Source of the DNA: an uncultured delta proteobacterium
Lineage (GTDB): Bacteria > Desulfobacterota > Binatia > UBA9968
DNA length: 64,000 nucleotides
Reading direction: 5' to 3'
Assembly (NCBI GenBank): GCA_963728565.1
Contig: CAVSLC010000005.1
Location: 224,001 to 288,000 of the forward strand
Part shown: positions 19,789 through 30,470 of the stretch, one piece after another
How the letters are laid out: each line of letters begins with the position of its first letter
Position numbering within the stretch: the first letter of the stretch is position 1
Notes under the pieces: generated by a model
What the model was told of the DNA's origin: nothing
The model's input: only the letters and a program-made list of their open reading frames with translations
Databases searched by the model: none
Translations under genes and position numbers: made by a program

Positions 19789-20457
19789 CTACTTCGGCAC
19801 AAACACAAGAAAATATTGATACGGCAAGAAGGTGTGCTCTTTCGTAAGGCGGAAGCCGTTACTTTCCATCTGTCTGATCAGATCCTCGCGAGCAATCTTC
19901 ATCTGCATCGGCGGACCGACGGGAAGTTCTTTCTTATGGAAGTCGATCATGATGATTTCGCCGCCGGGTTTTAGCATCTTTTTGATCAGCGAAAGATACT
20001 TCGACTGATTCTCGATGTGGTGCCATGAATCCGAAAAGAAGAAACGATCTATCGAAGCATCGGCCAGGAGCGGGTCATCCGCATCCGCGAGAATAGCTGT
20101 AACGTTCATAGCTTTGAGCTCCCGGATGCGCCGATTGAGGTGCCGAATCATGTCGGGGCTAATGTCAACCGCATAGATCCTTCCTTTATCGCCCACGTGA
20201 TGCGCCAGGCGAAAGGTAAAATAACCGGAGCCTGCGCCGATATCGGCGATCACCTCGCCTGGCTTGATGGCCAGAGCCGTCAAAACCTCGTGCGGCTTTT
20301 GGTAGGCGTCGCGTTTAGGATCTTCGAGCATGCCGATGTAGGCTTTTGAGTCGCGGTGAAGTTGGTGCATCTGCTGATGATCGCGCTTGACTGCATCCTG
20401 AGCCGGTGCTGACAACGGCAACGCCAGCAATGCCAGAAGACTTATTAAAGCCTTCAT
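19789..20457 (-). CDS. Class I SAM-dependent methyltransferase with N-terminal signal peptide
   Basis: ADIGAGSGYF motif I, YAVDI, LKPGG; MKALISLLALLALPLSAPA-QD. Confidence 0.88.
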   Translation of the reverse strand: MKALISLLALLALPLSAPAQDAVKRDHQQMHQLHRDSKAYIGMLEDPKRDAYQKPHEVLTALAIKPGEVIADIGAGSGYFTFRLAHHVGDKGRIYAVDISPDMIRHLNRRIRELKAMNVTAILADADDPLLADASIDRFFFSDSWHHIENQSKYLSLIKKMLKPGGEIIMIDFHKKELPVGPPMQMKIAREDLIRQMESNGFRLTKEHTFLPYQYFLVFVPK

Positions 20458-20764
20458 TTTCTCCTCACTGTTTAACTATTCGATTGGAACTAATAAGCGG
20501 CGACTACTTATTACAATCAAGGTTAGCAGTTTGCTGAGAAACTCTGAATCAGTCTGGTCAAAAGATTTAAAGGTAGGGCGACTTACACATCTGAAAGCGG
20601 AAATTTGAAACCGGAAATCATTGAACGTTCATAACTCGGTTTCCAAAAAGCATATGAGTTTTTTCGGGGCGCTGCTAGATAGTGCAGTTGAGGAATCCGA
20701 TTCTCATGACGTCCAAGGCTACATCAGTTGCGAGCTTGGCCGCTTCCCTGTAATGGTAATCGCT

Positions 20765-22154
20765 ATGGCGCAACAAGAGTTGAAGCGACAAATAGGTTTG
20801 TTTAGCGCGGTGATGTTGATTGCCGGCGATATGATCGGCACCGGCATCTTCATCTCAACGGGCGTCATCGCCGAGACATTGCCATCGCCCGGCGGCGTGC
20901 TGCTGGTGTGGTTGCTCGGCGGGCTGCTAGCTCTCACCGGGGCGCTTACTTTCGCGGAGCTTTCAGCGAGTTTGCCGTTTGCCGGCGGCGACTACATCTA
21001 TATCCGCGAGGCCTACGGCAAATTGATGGGGTTTCTCTCCGGGTGGTCCTCGTTCCTGGTGACGTTCTCAGGTGCAATCGCATTTCTCGCGGTGAGCTTA
21101 AACGGGTTTATGGCTTTTTTCTTTCCGGTGCTGCGTTCCGAAACGATTATATTCTCCGTGGCAATGCCTTGGTTGCCGATCACTGCCACAGCGGGGACGG
21201 TATTTGCGATTGTCGTCGTACTGATCTTGTCGGGACTGCATTGTCTCGGGGTGCGGCAAGGGACGATGGTCCAAAATATTCTGACGATTCTAAAAATCGC
21301 GCGCTCTTGGCAATTATTATTTTCGGCATTCTTTTTGGCAAAGGCGACACCTCCCATTTTGTTCCGCTTTTTGATTGGCAAAAAGTTAGCTTCAGCGTAT
21401 TCGCTGCTGCTTTTATACCGGTAATCTTCGCCTATTCGGGCTGGAACGCGATTACTTATATCGCAGGCGAAGTGAAAGATCCGGAGCGAAACTTGCCGCG
21501 CGCTTTGCTATTCGGTGTGCTGATTGTCACAGCGCTCTACTTGGCAATCAACGTCGTGTACATCTACGCCGTGCCCGTTACTGAGATGAAAGGCGCGCTA
21601 CGCGTATCGGAAGTGGCGACCACGGCATTGTTCGGTTACCAGACCTCGGCTCTAATCACCGCGATTATCACGATATCCATTCTCGGGGCGCTCAACGTCG
21701 TGACGATGATCGGCCCGCGAATTTACTATGCGATGGCGCAGGACGGAGTTCTCTTTAAGAGACTTAGCCGCATTCATCCTCGGTTTGGCACTCCGCCAGC
21801 GCGATCATCCTCCAGGCAACTTGGGCTTGTTTGTTAATATTGACCAATACCTGGGGAACCTTGTTTACCTATGTGAGCGTAGTCATCACCTTGTTCTCGG
21901 CGTTTACCGTGGGCTCTGTGATCGTGCTTCGCTATAAGAGACCGGAGCTCAAGCGTCCTTACAAGGTCTGGGGCTACCCGCTCGTGCCGCTTCTGTTTGT
22001 CCTGATACATCTATGGATTGTCTGGGGTTCGGTGAAAGAGAAACCATTCGAATCACTGGTGGGGGTGGTTATCGTCGCTATCGGCATCCCGATATATTAT
22101 ATTTGGACGACCCTGGGTCCGGAGCAAAAGCCGAGTTTCGCTTCAAGATCGTAA
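20765..22154 (+). CDS. APC family amino acid permease (two frameshifts, probably sequence errors)
   Basis: MIGTGIF, AELS...GGDYIYIREAYG (ORF 20621), FAYSGWN...AGEVKDPERNLP (ORF 20908), LRYKRPELKRPYKVWGYP (ORF 21831). Confidence 0.88.
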
Positions 22155-22202
22155 AGAGAACCTCCCCGCCGCTAGTTCTGCAACAACGACAACTATCCGC
22201 CA

Positions 22203-22811
22203 ATGGCAATCCGTATCACCAGAGTTTACACCAGGACCGGCGATGGAGGAGAAACCAGCCTCGTCGGTGGCAAACGCGTGCCTAAGGATTCGCCGCGTAT
22301 CGATGCTTACGGCACGATCGACGAATTGAATTCGATTATCGGGTTAGCGCGGGTGTTCAATGAGGAAAACCTCGAGGCCGGCGAGGCGCACCGTTTTTGG
22401 ACGAGGTGCTGTGCAAAATCCAAGATGAGCTGTTCGATCTCGGCAGCGAGTTAGCCACCGCGCCTGAATTTTTTCAGGAAGGCATGTTTCGCATTTCCCA
22501 AACTGAGATAAAAAACATCGAAAAGCTCATCGACAAGTGCCAGGAGAATCTTCAGCCGCTCGAGTCTTTCATTCTTCCCGGCGGCGGGCGTATTGGCGCT
22601 TATCTGCATCAATGCCGTACCGTATGTCGGCGAGCGGAACGAGAGATTCTGCGGCTTGTCACGCGAGGAGACGATCAGCGAATGGCCCCTGAAATACATC
22701 AATCGCCTGAGCGATCTGTTCTTTGTCCTGTCACGCTGGATCAGCAAGGAGACGGGAGAAAGAGAATACCTGTGGCAGAGGGGACTCCGGAGCAAAGCAA
22801 AGGGCGAATGA
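22203..22811 (+). CDS. pduO: ATP:cob(I)alamin adenosyltransferase, PduO type (two frameshifts)
   Basis: [54 protein letters not shown] spread across three frames. Confidence 0.88.
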
Positions 22812-23084
22812 TTTAAGATTTTGGACTCCGATTCGGTTCGAAAGGATGCGAAGAGCAAGCCTTCCGGACCGCAGCAATGATCTAGGCGCGAGGCGCCTTC
22901 AGTCAGTCGCAAGTTCCAATATATCCGTCGAGGGTCTACGAGACTTGCAGGATCACATCGCTAAAAGTTACGAGGAAATCGACCGTGGCCATGGGACAAA
23001 ATTGAGGGAGAATTGAATTCCGAGGAGTCATGTCTAGTTGAAAAATCAAAAGCGGCACTAAGCGGAAATGGACGGGGGAATCTG

Positions 23085-23855
23085 ATGGGTCTTTTGGATG
23101 GTAAGAAAGCGGCAATCTTCGGAGTGGCGAATGACCGGAGTATTGCATGGGCGATTTCGGAAGCGCTCCATGCCGAAGGTGCGGAGCTGGCGTTCACTTT
23201 CGCCGGCGAGATCTTGGAAAAACGGGTGCGACCGTTGGCCGAGGGCATCGGGTCGAGGATCATCTTGCCCTGTGACGTGACCAAAGACGAAGAAATCGAG
23301 AAGGTTTTTACGAGACTCAAACAAGAATGGGGCGGGCTGGATGTCATGATCCACGCCATCGCCTTCGCCAAAAAGGAAGACTTGGCCAACCCGTATGTTC
23401 AAACCAGCCGGCACGGGTTTCACTTAGCTATGGACGTAAGTGCCTATTCCATGGTCGCGCTGGCGCGCCATGCGGCGTCGCTAATGGAGGGAAGGGGTGG
23501 GTCGATGCTGACCTTGACCTACATGGGTTCTGAGAAGGTCATTCCCAACTATAATGTAATGGGAGTGGCGAAGGCGGCGCTCGAGGCCAGTGTTAGATAT
23601 CTAGCTCATGATCTCGGGCCCAAAGGGATTCGGGTCAATGCGATTTCCGCCGGACCGATTAGAACCCTTGCGGCTTCAGGCATTGCTGATTTTAAAGAAA
23701 TGCTTCATCACGTCAGTGAGCGAGCGCCTTTGAAGAGGAACATCGATGCCGCAGAAGTCGGCAAAACAGCGCTGTTTCTCTGCAGCGAGTGGGGGAGCGC
23801 TATTACCGGTGAAGTGCTGCATGTGGATGCCGGCTACAGTATCATGGGGGCGTAG
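23085..23855 (+). CDS. fabI: Enoyl-ACP reductase FabI
   Basis: [35 protein letters not shown]. Confidence 0.95.
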   Translation: MGLLDGKKAAIFGVANDRSIAWAISEALHAEGAELAFTFAGEILEKRVRPLAEGIGSRIILPCDVTKDEEIEKVFTRLKQEWGGLDVMIHAIAFAKKEDLANPYVQTSRHGFHLAMDVSAYSMVALARHAASLMEGRGGSMLTLTYMGSEKVIPNYNVMGVAKAALEASVRYLAHDLGPKGIRVNAISAGPIRTLAASGIADFKEMLHHVSERAPLKRNIDAAEVGKTALFLCSEWGSAITGEVLHVDAGYSIMGA

Positions 23856-23870
23856 AGTAAGAGGGGTGAA

Positions 23871-23936
23871 TGGAGTGTTGGGGATAGTGGAGTGCTGCTC
23901 GAGTCACCGAAACCCGTCAATCCAGTACTCCAACAC
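23871..23936. repeat. Imperfect palindrome built from TGGAGT/ACTCCA units
   Basis: TGGAGTGTTGG...TGGAGTGCTG pairs with CAGTACTCCAACAC; lies between fabI and the rhodanese gene. Confidence 0.5.
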
Positions 23937-23949
23937 GAGGGAGGTTTCC

Positions 23950-24390
23950 ATGGCGATAAAAGAAGTCACGCCGCATCAGGCTCACGATATTCTCACGAAT
24001 GAGCGAGCGCTGTTTACATCGACGTGCGTAGCGAAGCGCGAGTTTGCCAACGGTCATCCGCAGGGAGCGGTGAATATCCCGGTGGCTTTTCCCGATCCGG
24101 CGCGCGGCATGATGGTGAACAGCGACTTCGTCAGAGTCGTGGAAGCGAATTTTCCACGTGATAAAAAGATCATCGTCGGTTGCCAAGCAGGACCGCGCTC
24201 CACATCGGCGGCTAATATGCTGCAACAGGCCGGCTTTCAAGATGTTTCAAACTTGCTGGGCGGCTTCGGCGGCATGCGCGATCCGACCGGAAAAATCAGC
24301 GCACCGGGCTGGGCGAGCTCCGGGCTTCCGGTCAGCAACGATAACGGCGAGGGGGTGAGTTATCAGTCGCTTTCGGCAAAGGTTCGCTGA
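23950..24390 (+). CDS. Rhodanese-like domain protein
   Basis: GGAGG RBS; EFANGHPQGAVNIP, active-site loop CQAGPRS, LLGGF; the YIDVR motif is present in an alternative frame near 24010. Confidence 0.85.
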   Translation: MAIKEVTPHQAHDILTNERALFTSTCVAKREFANGHPQGAVNIPVAFPDPARGMMVNSDFVRVVEANFPRDKKIIVGCQAGPRSTSAANMLQQAGFQDVSNLLGGFGGMRDPTGKISAPGWASSGLPVSNDNGEGVSYQSLSAKVR

Positions 24391-24511
24391 TAAGCTGGTT
24401 CAAGGAAGACTTTCACTGCGCTCGAACTGACAAGTACGCGCTTGCTGCGGGCGATGGACAAATAGAAAATTGCGGAAGCTGAAGCACGAGGTGGATTCTT
24501 CTCCCGTGGCG

Positions 24512-25187
24512 ATGAACCCGTCACTTTATTTCAAACAGATCGAAATCGGTCCGATGCACAATTACGTTTATCTCATCGGCTCGATGGAAAGCCGCAAGGC
24601 AGCGGTGGTTGATGCGGCCTGGGACATCGATGAAATTCTCCGGATTGCGGCGCAGGACGAGATGGAAATTACGCATGCTCTTGTGACCCATACCCATCCC
24701 GATCACGTTGGTGGCGGATTTGCCGGCATGGAGATAGCAGGCGCGACGGAGTTGCTCGAGAAGTGTAAAGCCAAGGTCGTCGTGCACAAGGCGGAAGCGG
24801 AGTTCATCAAGGGGCTGTCTTCCTCCGACATGATCAAGACCGACAACGGCGACAAAGTGGATGTGGGCGGCCTGGAAATCAAGCTGCATGCACACGCCCG
24901 GGCATACGCCGGGCTCACAGTGCTTTCTGGTGGATGACCGAGTCGTTTCAGGAGACACGCTTTTCATCGACGCATGCGGGCGCGTGGATTTTCCCGGCGG
25001 CAATCCCGAGCAGATGTATTACAGCTTGACTCAAAAGTTGATGGCGCTGCCCGATGACATGATTCTGTTCCCTGGCCACAATTACGCGCCACTTAAGCAC
25101 GCCACCATGGGCGAGCAGAAGAAAACCAATCCCTACCTAAAATTTTCCTCGTTGAAACAGTTTCTGGCAGCGATGGGACATGCTTGA
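24512..25187 (+). CDS. Metallo-beta-lactamase fold hydrolase (glyoxalase II/ETHE1-like; one frameshift near 24885)
   Basis: THTHPDH, HTPGHTPGS, SGDTLF, FPGHNY. Confidence 0.88.
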
Positions 25188-25632
25188 ACACCGGCCGTTA
25201 GCCGGATCGTGATCTGAGTCAGTAAAACCGCCTGTTTCGAACGTACAGGACTGTAAATCCTGGGCAGTATCTTGATTTGTACCCGCGGGCGGCACTGGAA
25301 CAGCCACCCATTAAGTTCAATTGATCTCCAAGCTCCATCCGCCGCTACGGGGACCGGTTTGATCAGGCTGCGGGGTTGCTGGTAAGAACTCCGGCATTAA
25401 CGTAGCCTCGACGATCTTCTTCGTGGTAATCCGGGCGGATAAAACGTCGGAAAAATATCACTGTCCGTTTTATCTTCCATCCGTAGATCGGTTGGGCTAG
25501 GCCACTACTGGTGGAGTGATGAGAACGAGAACAAGGCTCGACGAGTATCTGATCAAGTCTGGTCATACCTCACAAGTCCAATGCCTCGGGCTGTAAGTGG
25601 CGCCATTGAATATCGCGCGAGCGGCCTACGAA

Positions 25633-25881
25633 TCAACGGTGCTTTGGCGATTGAAGATTATCCAATGTGAACGGATGCGGCACACCACAACGAGGACATG
25701 CATCGGCAGACTTGTTGATTCGCGCTGCGCACCGAACGCACAGCTTTTTGCGCCGTCGAATCAGAAGAAGCAAGGCGATAATGATAGCCGCTGCTGCGAG
25801 ATATTCGATCATACGATGCCCAGTGATCCACATGAGAATCTGTTGAAGCTCACGTAGCAGCACAAATGGCGTGAAATACAT
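25633..25881 (-). CDS. Small membrane-anchored zinc-ribbon protein (start uncertain)
   Basis: TM segment YLAAAAIIIALLLLI, basic RRRKK, then CVRC-X10-CPRCG. Confidence 0.5.
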   Translation of the reverse strand: MYFTPFVLLRELQQILMWITGHRMIEYLAAAAIIIALLLLIRRRKKLCVRCAARINKSADACPRCGVPHPFTLDNLQSPKHR

Positions 25882-26191
25882 TTCACATCCGACCTTGACT
25901 ACAGCACGGCAATGATGAAGCAGGCAGCAAACAATTAAACCGCCAAAATACCGATCATCAGTAAAAAGACAAGTGATATGTCTTCGCCATAGTTCGACCA
26001 GAATTTGCCGGACTTGATCATATGACTCTCCGATGATCTCGCTCCAATGCAGTTGATTTCACAGATCTTCCGTTTCGAGGGGACAGCCAAGCGGCGGTGG
26101 TAGTTGGGCGGCCAACCAAGATCAGCGTCGCTAAAACAGGGCCAACTACTTTGCGATAGCCGCGCGATATTGAGCAACTGCCGCGCTCGTT

Positions 26192-26569
26192 TTAGGCTGG
26201 GATTTCGTTTGGATCTAACAATTCTCGGATTTTGCGCTGCAGATCCAAACCTGTGAACGGTTTGACGATGTAGGCGGTGCAGCCCGAGTCCAAACACGAC
26301 TTGAGATCCTCAGAACGAAACAGCGCGGTCACCGCCAGTATTGGGATCCCCTTCGTCTCGCGAGAGGCGCGAAGCGTTCTGGCCGCTTCCCACCCGTCCA
26401 TCACTGGCATCATCATATCCATTAGGATCAAGTCAGGCTTCTCTGCGGTAGCCTTCTCTATGCCCTCCTTACCGTGACTTGCGAGAAGCGGAGTATAGCC
26501 GGTTAGCTGTACTCTGAGAGCTATTAGGTCGCGCATATCCGGGTTGTCTTCTACGATTAAGATTTTCAT
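26192..26569 (-). CDS. Single-domain response regulator (CheY/DivK-like receiver)
   Basis: AAGGTG RBS; ILIVEDN, PDLILMDMMMPVMDG, AVTA, YIVKP. Confidence 0.92.
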   Translation of the reverse strand: MKILIVEDNPDMRDLIALRVQLTGYTPLLASHGKEGIEKATAEKPDLILMDMMMPVMDGWEAARTLRASRETKGIPILAVTALFRSEDLKSCLDSGCTAYIVKPFTGLDLQRKIRELLDPNEIPA

Positions 26570-26980
26570 TCGCTCACCTTTATCTAAATCATCATCAACC
26601 TACTGAAATGGAGAGAACGACGCCGGGAACAAAGAAAATCTGTGGACGTCGTAACAAGTTGCGCTTCTTCGTTTCCCGGCTAATAGGCCGGAAAGCAAGC
26701 GGTGGGCCCTCACTGTTGATCAGACAGCTTACAACTCTGCAGACATTCGGAGCATGTACGGGAGTTCTGTCCCGGCATGCTCGACGGCAACTTTGCCTGT
26801 TTACCCCGAAGTCATCTCAAGCATCGGGTTTACTTGTCACCGCTTTTGGCCAAGAGACGGAACGCAATTGGACAAACATAAACAACCGCACCCGGCATGC
26901 TCCCTGCTTTGATGGATGTATCCTGAGGATAGATGTGCTCAGTCTTCGAGAATTTTCGAGGGGTTCATAGGAGTAATCGC

Positions 26981-27199
26981 ATGTCCAGAATCGACAAGGA
27001 GCCTTTTGCCCCACGAAGGCACCGGGATATCGTCAATCACATCGAGGTAGCGAGCGTTAGCTCTTTATATCAGCGCTTACTGAGGTCAGCTCTGCGGGTT
27101 AATAAGTTGGCTGACGCATCGCTCGAAGATCTTTGCATGGTGGTTCTGTTATTCTTTTTACTATTTACCACGCTGCTTCTGCCGTGGGTGCTCTTGTGA
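26981..27199 (+). CDS. Small hypothetical protein with C-terminal transmembrane helix
   Basis: AGGAG RBS before ATG 26981; hydrophobic tail MVVLLFFLLFTTLLLPWVLL. Confidence 0.45.
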   Translation: MSRIDKEPFAPRRHRDIVNHIEVASVSSLYQRLLRSALRVNKLADASLEDLCMVVLLFFLLFTTLLLPWVLL

Positions 27200-27291
27200 G
27201 TTTGGTGCCTCGCTCAAAATCAGCCACTGCATAATTGTTAACTCATCGTCATCTAAACAGCCAACGCTGCCAGCGTTAAACCAAACGGCTA

Positions 27292-27525
27292 TTGGAAGTG
27301 CCGCCAGTGAACTGGTTAGAAATTCCTGCTCATAGAGTCCTTGAGGTGGAGTCTAAGGAACTTGAAGAGGAGTTCGATATGTATGATAACGACGGGAAGC
27401 TTTGCGGTGGTAGCAGCGTATATCTCTTGTTCCGTAGGAAAGACGGCAAGAGATTTAAGTTCGCTCGATTCGGTGACCTCTACGGCGCCATCAAACGAAA
27501 TCGCGCTTACCTGGAAGAGGTTTAG
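27292..27525 (+). CDS. Small hypothetical protein
   Basis: 77-aa ORF with globular-like composition; no recognisable motif, weak start. Confidence 0.3.
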   Translation: MEVPPVNWLEIPAHRVLEVESKELEEEFDMYDNDGKLCGGSSVYLLFRRKDGKRFKFARFGDLYGAIKRNRAYLEEV

Positions 27526-28300
27526 AGGTCAGTGTAGGGGCATGATTACCGTTCGTGATATCCGTTCCTTAGCTATGAATTCTCCCGCATCAGGCTGCAA
27601 GACGTTTAATCGTCCCTCAAAACCGCAGAACTTTGAGTGCTGTAGATACCCATCAGGCGTACACTCCGCGAACACGATCTGCGCGAACTAGCCGCGGGTT
27701 GAGCCATACGCAATTTTTCACTTTCTTCCACGTGGAGCGCGTGCTGGGTGCGCCGTCTCTCGGGCAAGTTAGCAAAGGACAAACAGTGGTCTCCTGCGTT
27801 CAGCTTGCTCTCATCACGAACGGTAGATGATACAACGATTGCGCACCTTGCTTGCAGTTAGGAGCTTGCCGCCTCCGATCATTGGATCTATCAGGTTGTC
27901 AGGTCTGTAGCGCCCAATGACGAACGCATGGGCCTTGTTGACCTCGTACTTGAACATACGCCGATACGCCTCCGGATCTCGTAACAGGAGTCGCGCCGCT
28001 TTCCGATGACGCCACCACTTCCGGATTCTTTAACTCACTAGGAAAATCAGCTCGGTCGGCGTCGGATCAAGTGCATCGGACGAGCCGACCAGAGGAGTGT
28101 GACTCTGTAACTCTGCAGCTATTTGGCTAAGCAGTTTACATCTGGTTCCGAGCGATACCAGAATGAGGCGACGTCCTCAATAAATGATTACATGAACGTA
28201 TAGAACAAAATCGCTTGTGCTGGGCGCTGATGCTGGAGGTGATTGGATGAGTTGCGTCGATTGCTGTAGCGCATTGATCTCACCGGCGAGCAAGGGTTGA

Positions 28301-29369
28301 CTACTTCCCGGCATACTTGTTCGTCCACAACACACCTTCTTTTGCCGACGGCGCCTTGGCGCGGTCTTTCACGATGCCCGCGCCGGTCGAGAAATCGATG
28401 ACTTTTTGCCAACCTTCCTGATTCATGTTGCCCCAGGTTGGCATCGCGGGAGCAATCATCGAGTACGCCAGGTCGAAGACGTTGTCTTCAAGCTTCGATT
28501 TATCCGAAAAACGATGCGCGCGCAGCGCGGCTTTGAAGGCGCTCGGATTGCTGTGATAAAGCGCACCGGCGCGCGAGATTGCGCGCGCAGCAGCGGTCGC
28601 CAGAGCGGGATTCTGCTCGGCCCAATCCGGACGCGCCATCAAAACTTCGTAAGGATAATTTGTTAGTTCCGTCACTTCGCCAAGGCCGAGCGGCAGGAGG
28701 ACGTATCCTTTGCCGGCTGCCTCGGTGATTTCCGCTGACGGCGGCGATTGCGCTAGGGCATCGATCACGTTGTTCATGAGCGCCGGCGGCAATTCGGTGC
28801 CACCCAGATAGACGAACTTGAGCTTGCTCGGGTCGCCTTTCACTTTCGGCACGAGAAATTTAAATATTTGCTCAGACACTGCGCCCGGGACTTGTCGCCC
28901 CTATGGTGCCAAGCTCGGTTAGGACTTGAATCCGATCGTTCAACGGGCTTTTGCGCGTCACTTTGAATTTGTCGGTGATCGCTTTGCGAATGGCGATGCT
29001 CAAGGTCAGATTGCGGTTATGCGCCTGAATCGCGATCAAGGGCGCGCCTTCGATCTGCGCCAATACCAGCCCTTCGGAGCTCGAAGCGCAAAGGTGTCCC
29101 GAGCGGCCGACTACGGCGTTCTGACATGGCGCGCCGCCGCCGGCGGGCGTGATCTTGGCGCGAATGCCTTCCTGTTCGAAATACTTCAATTGCTCGGCGA
29201 CCCACACGGCGGAGAAAGCCATGTTCGACACGGCGGTGAGAATGGTCACGTCCCCAAGCTCTTTTTGTTGCGCATGGATTCGCGCCGAGGACAATATCAG
29301 AGCAAGCAGCGCGCTGACCGAAAACAGCAAACCAAGAATATACTTGCGCACAGCGCCAAATCTCATCAT
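28301..29369 (-). CDS. ABC solute-binding protein, NMT1/THI5-like (one frameshift near 28880)
   Basis: ORFs 28872-29369 and 28301-28879 together align end to end with the upstream paralog (WVAEQLKYFEQEG ... KEGVLWTNKY). Confidence 0.85.
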
Positions 29370-29400
29370 CGTCCTGTCTCCTTTTCCTCCATTCCCATTG

Positions 29401-30453
29401 CTACGGCTTGCCGACGTATTTGTTGGTCCAGAGCACGCCCTCTTTACTCGAAGGCGCTTGCGATAGATCCTTGACGATACCGGCGCCGGTGGCGAAGTTG
29501 ATCACCTTTTGCCATCCCTCGGCGTTCATGGTTCCCCAGGGGGGCATGGCGCCGGCGACCATGTTGTATGAGAGATTGAAGACGTCGTCAGATAATTTAA
29601 CGGAGAGCCGGTGGCTGCGCAGCGCCGCTTTCGCCTCTTCGGGTTTGCTGCGGAAGAGCGCGCCGCCGCGCGATATCGCGCGCGACACCGCCATGGCGAT
29701 TTTCGGATTCGCCTCGGCGTAATCCGGGCGCACCATCAGAACTTCGTAAGGGTAATCGGTCAATTCCGGTATCTCGCCCTTGCCCAACGGAATCAGGACG
29801 TAGCCCTTGCCGCTTGCCTCGGTGATTTCGGCCGAAGGAGGGGAAAGCGCGTAGGCGTCAATCACGTCGTTCATCAGCGAAGCGGGGAGCTCGGCGGCTC
29901 CGATGTAAACGAACTTAAGCACGGTCGCGGTGGCGCCGGCTCTTTTCACAAGAAATTTTATGACCTGTTCGGAGGCCGCTCCCGGGCCCGTCGCGCCGAT
30001 GGTGCCCAATTGCGTGAGAGCCTTGAGCCTTGCGCCGATAGGGCTTTCGCGGGTCAGGCCGAGCTTGTCGACGATCGCCTTACGCAGGGTTACGCCCAAA
30101 GTCATAGTGCGGTTGTGCGCTTGGATCGCGATCGCCGTCGCGCCTTCGACTCGTGCCAGGACGAGTCCCTCTGACGTGGACGCGCAGAAGTTGGTGGAGC
30201 GGCCGACCACCGCGTTCAAACAGACCGAGCCGCTCGGCGCAGGTGTGATTTTTACGCGCACACCTTCTTGCTCGAAGTATTTAAGCTGCTCGGCCACCCA
30301 GATCGCCGCGAAGGCAAAATTGGGTACGGCGGTTAGCATGCTGACCTCCGGCAGCTCTTTTTGTTGCGCCCATGCCGGCGTAATGATTCCAACACTCGCC
30401 ACAATCATCGCTGTCGCAGCCAGCCTGGAGAGGAATCGCCTGAGCCTCTTCAT
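29401..30453 (-). CDS. ABC solute-binding protein, NMT1/THI5-like
   Basis: AAAGGAG RBS before ATG 30453; signal peptide ending AWA-QQ; YFEQEGV motif. Confidence 0.88.
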   Translation of the reverse strand: MKRLRRFLSRLAATAMIVASVGIITPAWAQQKELPEVSMLTAVPNFAFAAIWVAEQLKYFEQEGVRVKITPAPSGSVCLNAVVGRSTNFCASTSEGLVLARVEGATAIAIQAHNRTMTLGVTLRKAIVDKLGLTRESPIGARLKALTQLGTIGATGPGAASEQVIKFLVKRAGATATVLKFVYIGAAELPASLMNDVIDAYALSPPSAEITEASGKGYVLIPLGKGEIPELTDYPYEVLMVRPDYAEANPKIAMAVSRAISRGGALFRSKPEEAKAALRSHRLSVKLSDDVFNLSYNMVAGAMPPWGTMNAEGWQKVINFATGAGIVKDLSQAPSSKEGVLWTNKYVGKP

Positions 30454-30470
30454 CAGCAATCTCCTTTCGG

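Noticed and set aside
22812-23016. ParD-like antitoxin remnant ([18 protein letters not shown])
   Set aside because: Resemblance is short, with no clear start, DNA-binding N-terminus or toxin partner
21290-24900. Programmed ribosomal frameshifting or phase variation in housekeeping genes
   Set aside because: No consistent slippery heptamers or long homopolymers; unrelated adjacent genes are all affected, which fits sequencing error better
27810-28140. Minus-strand reading RIRKWWRHRKAARLLLRDPEAYRRMFKYEV as a gene
   Set aside because: Interrupted by an in-frame stop and no family recognised
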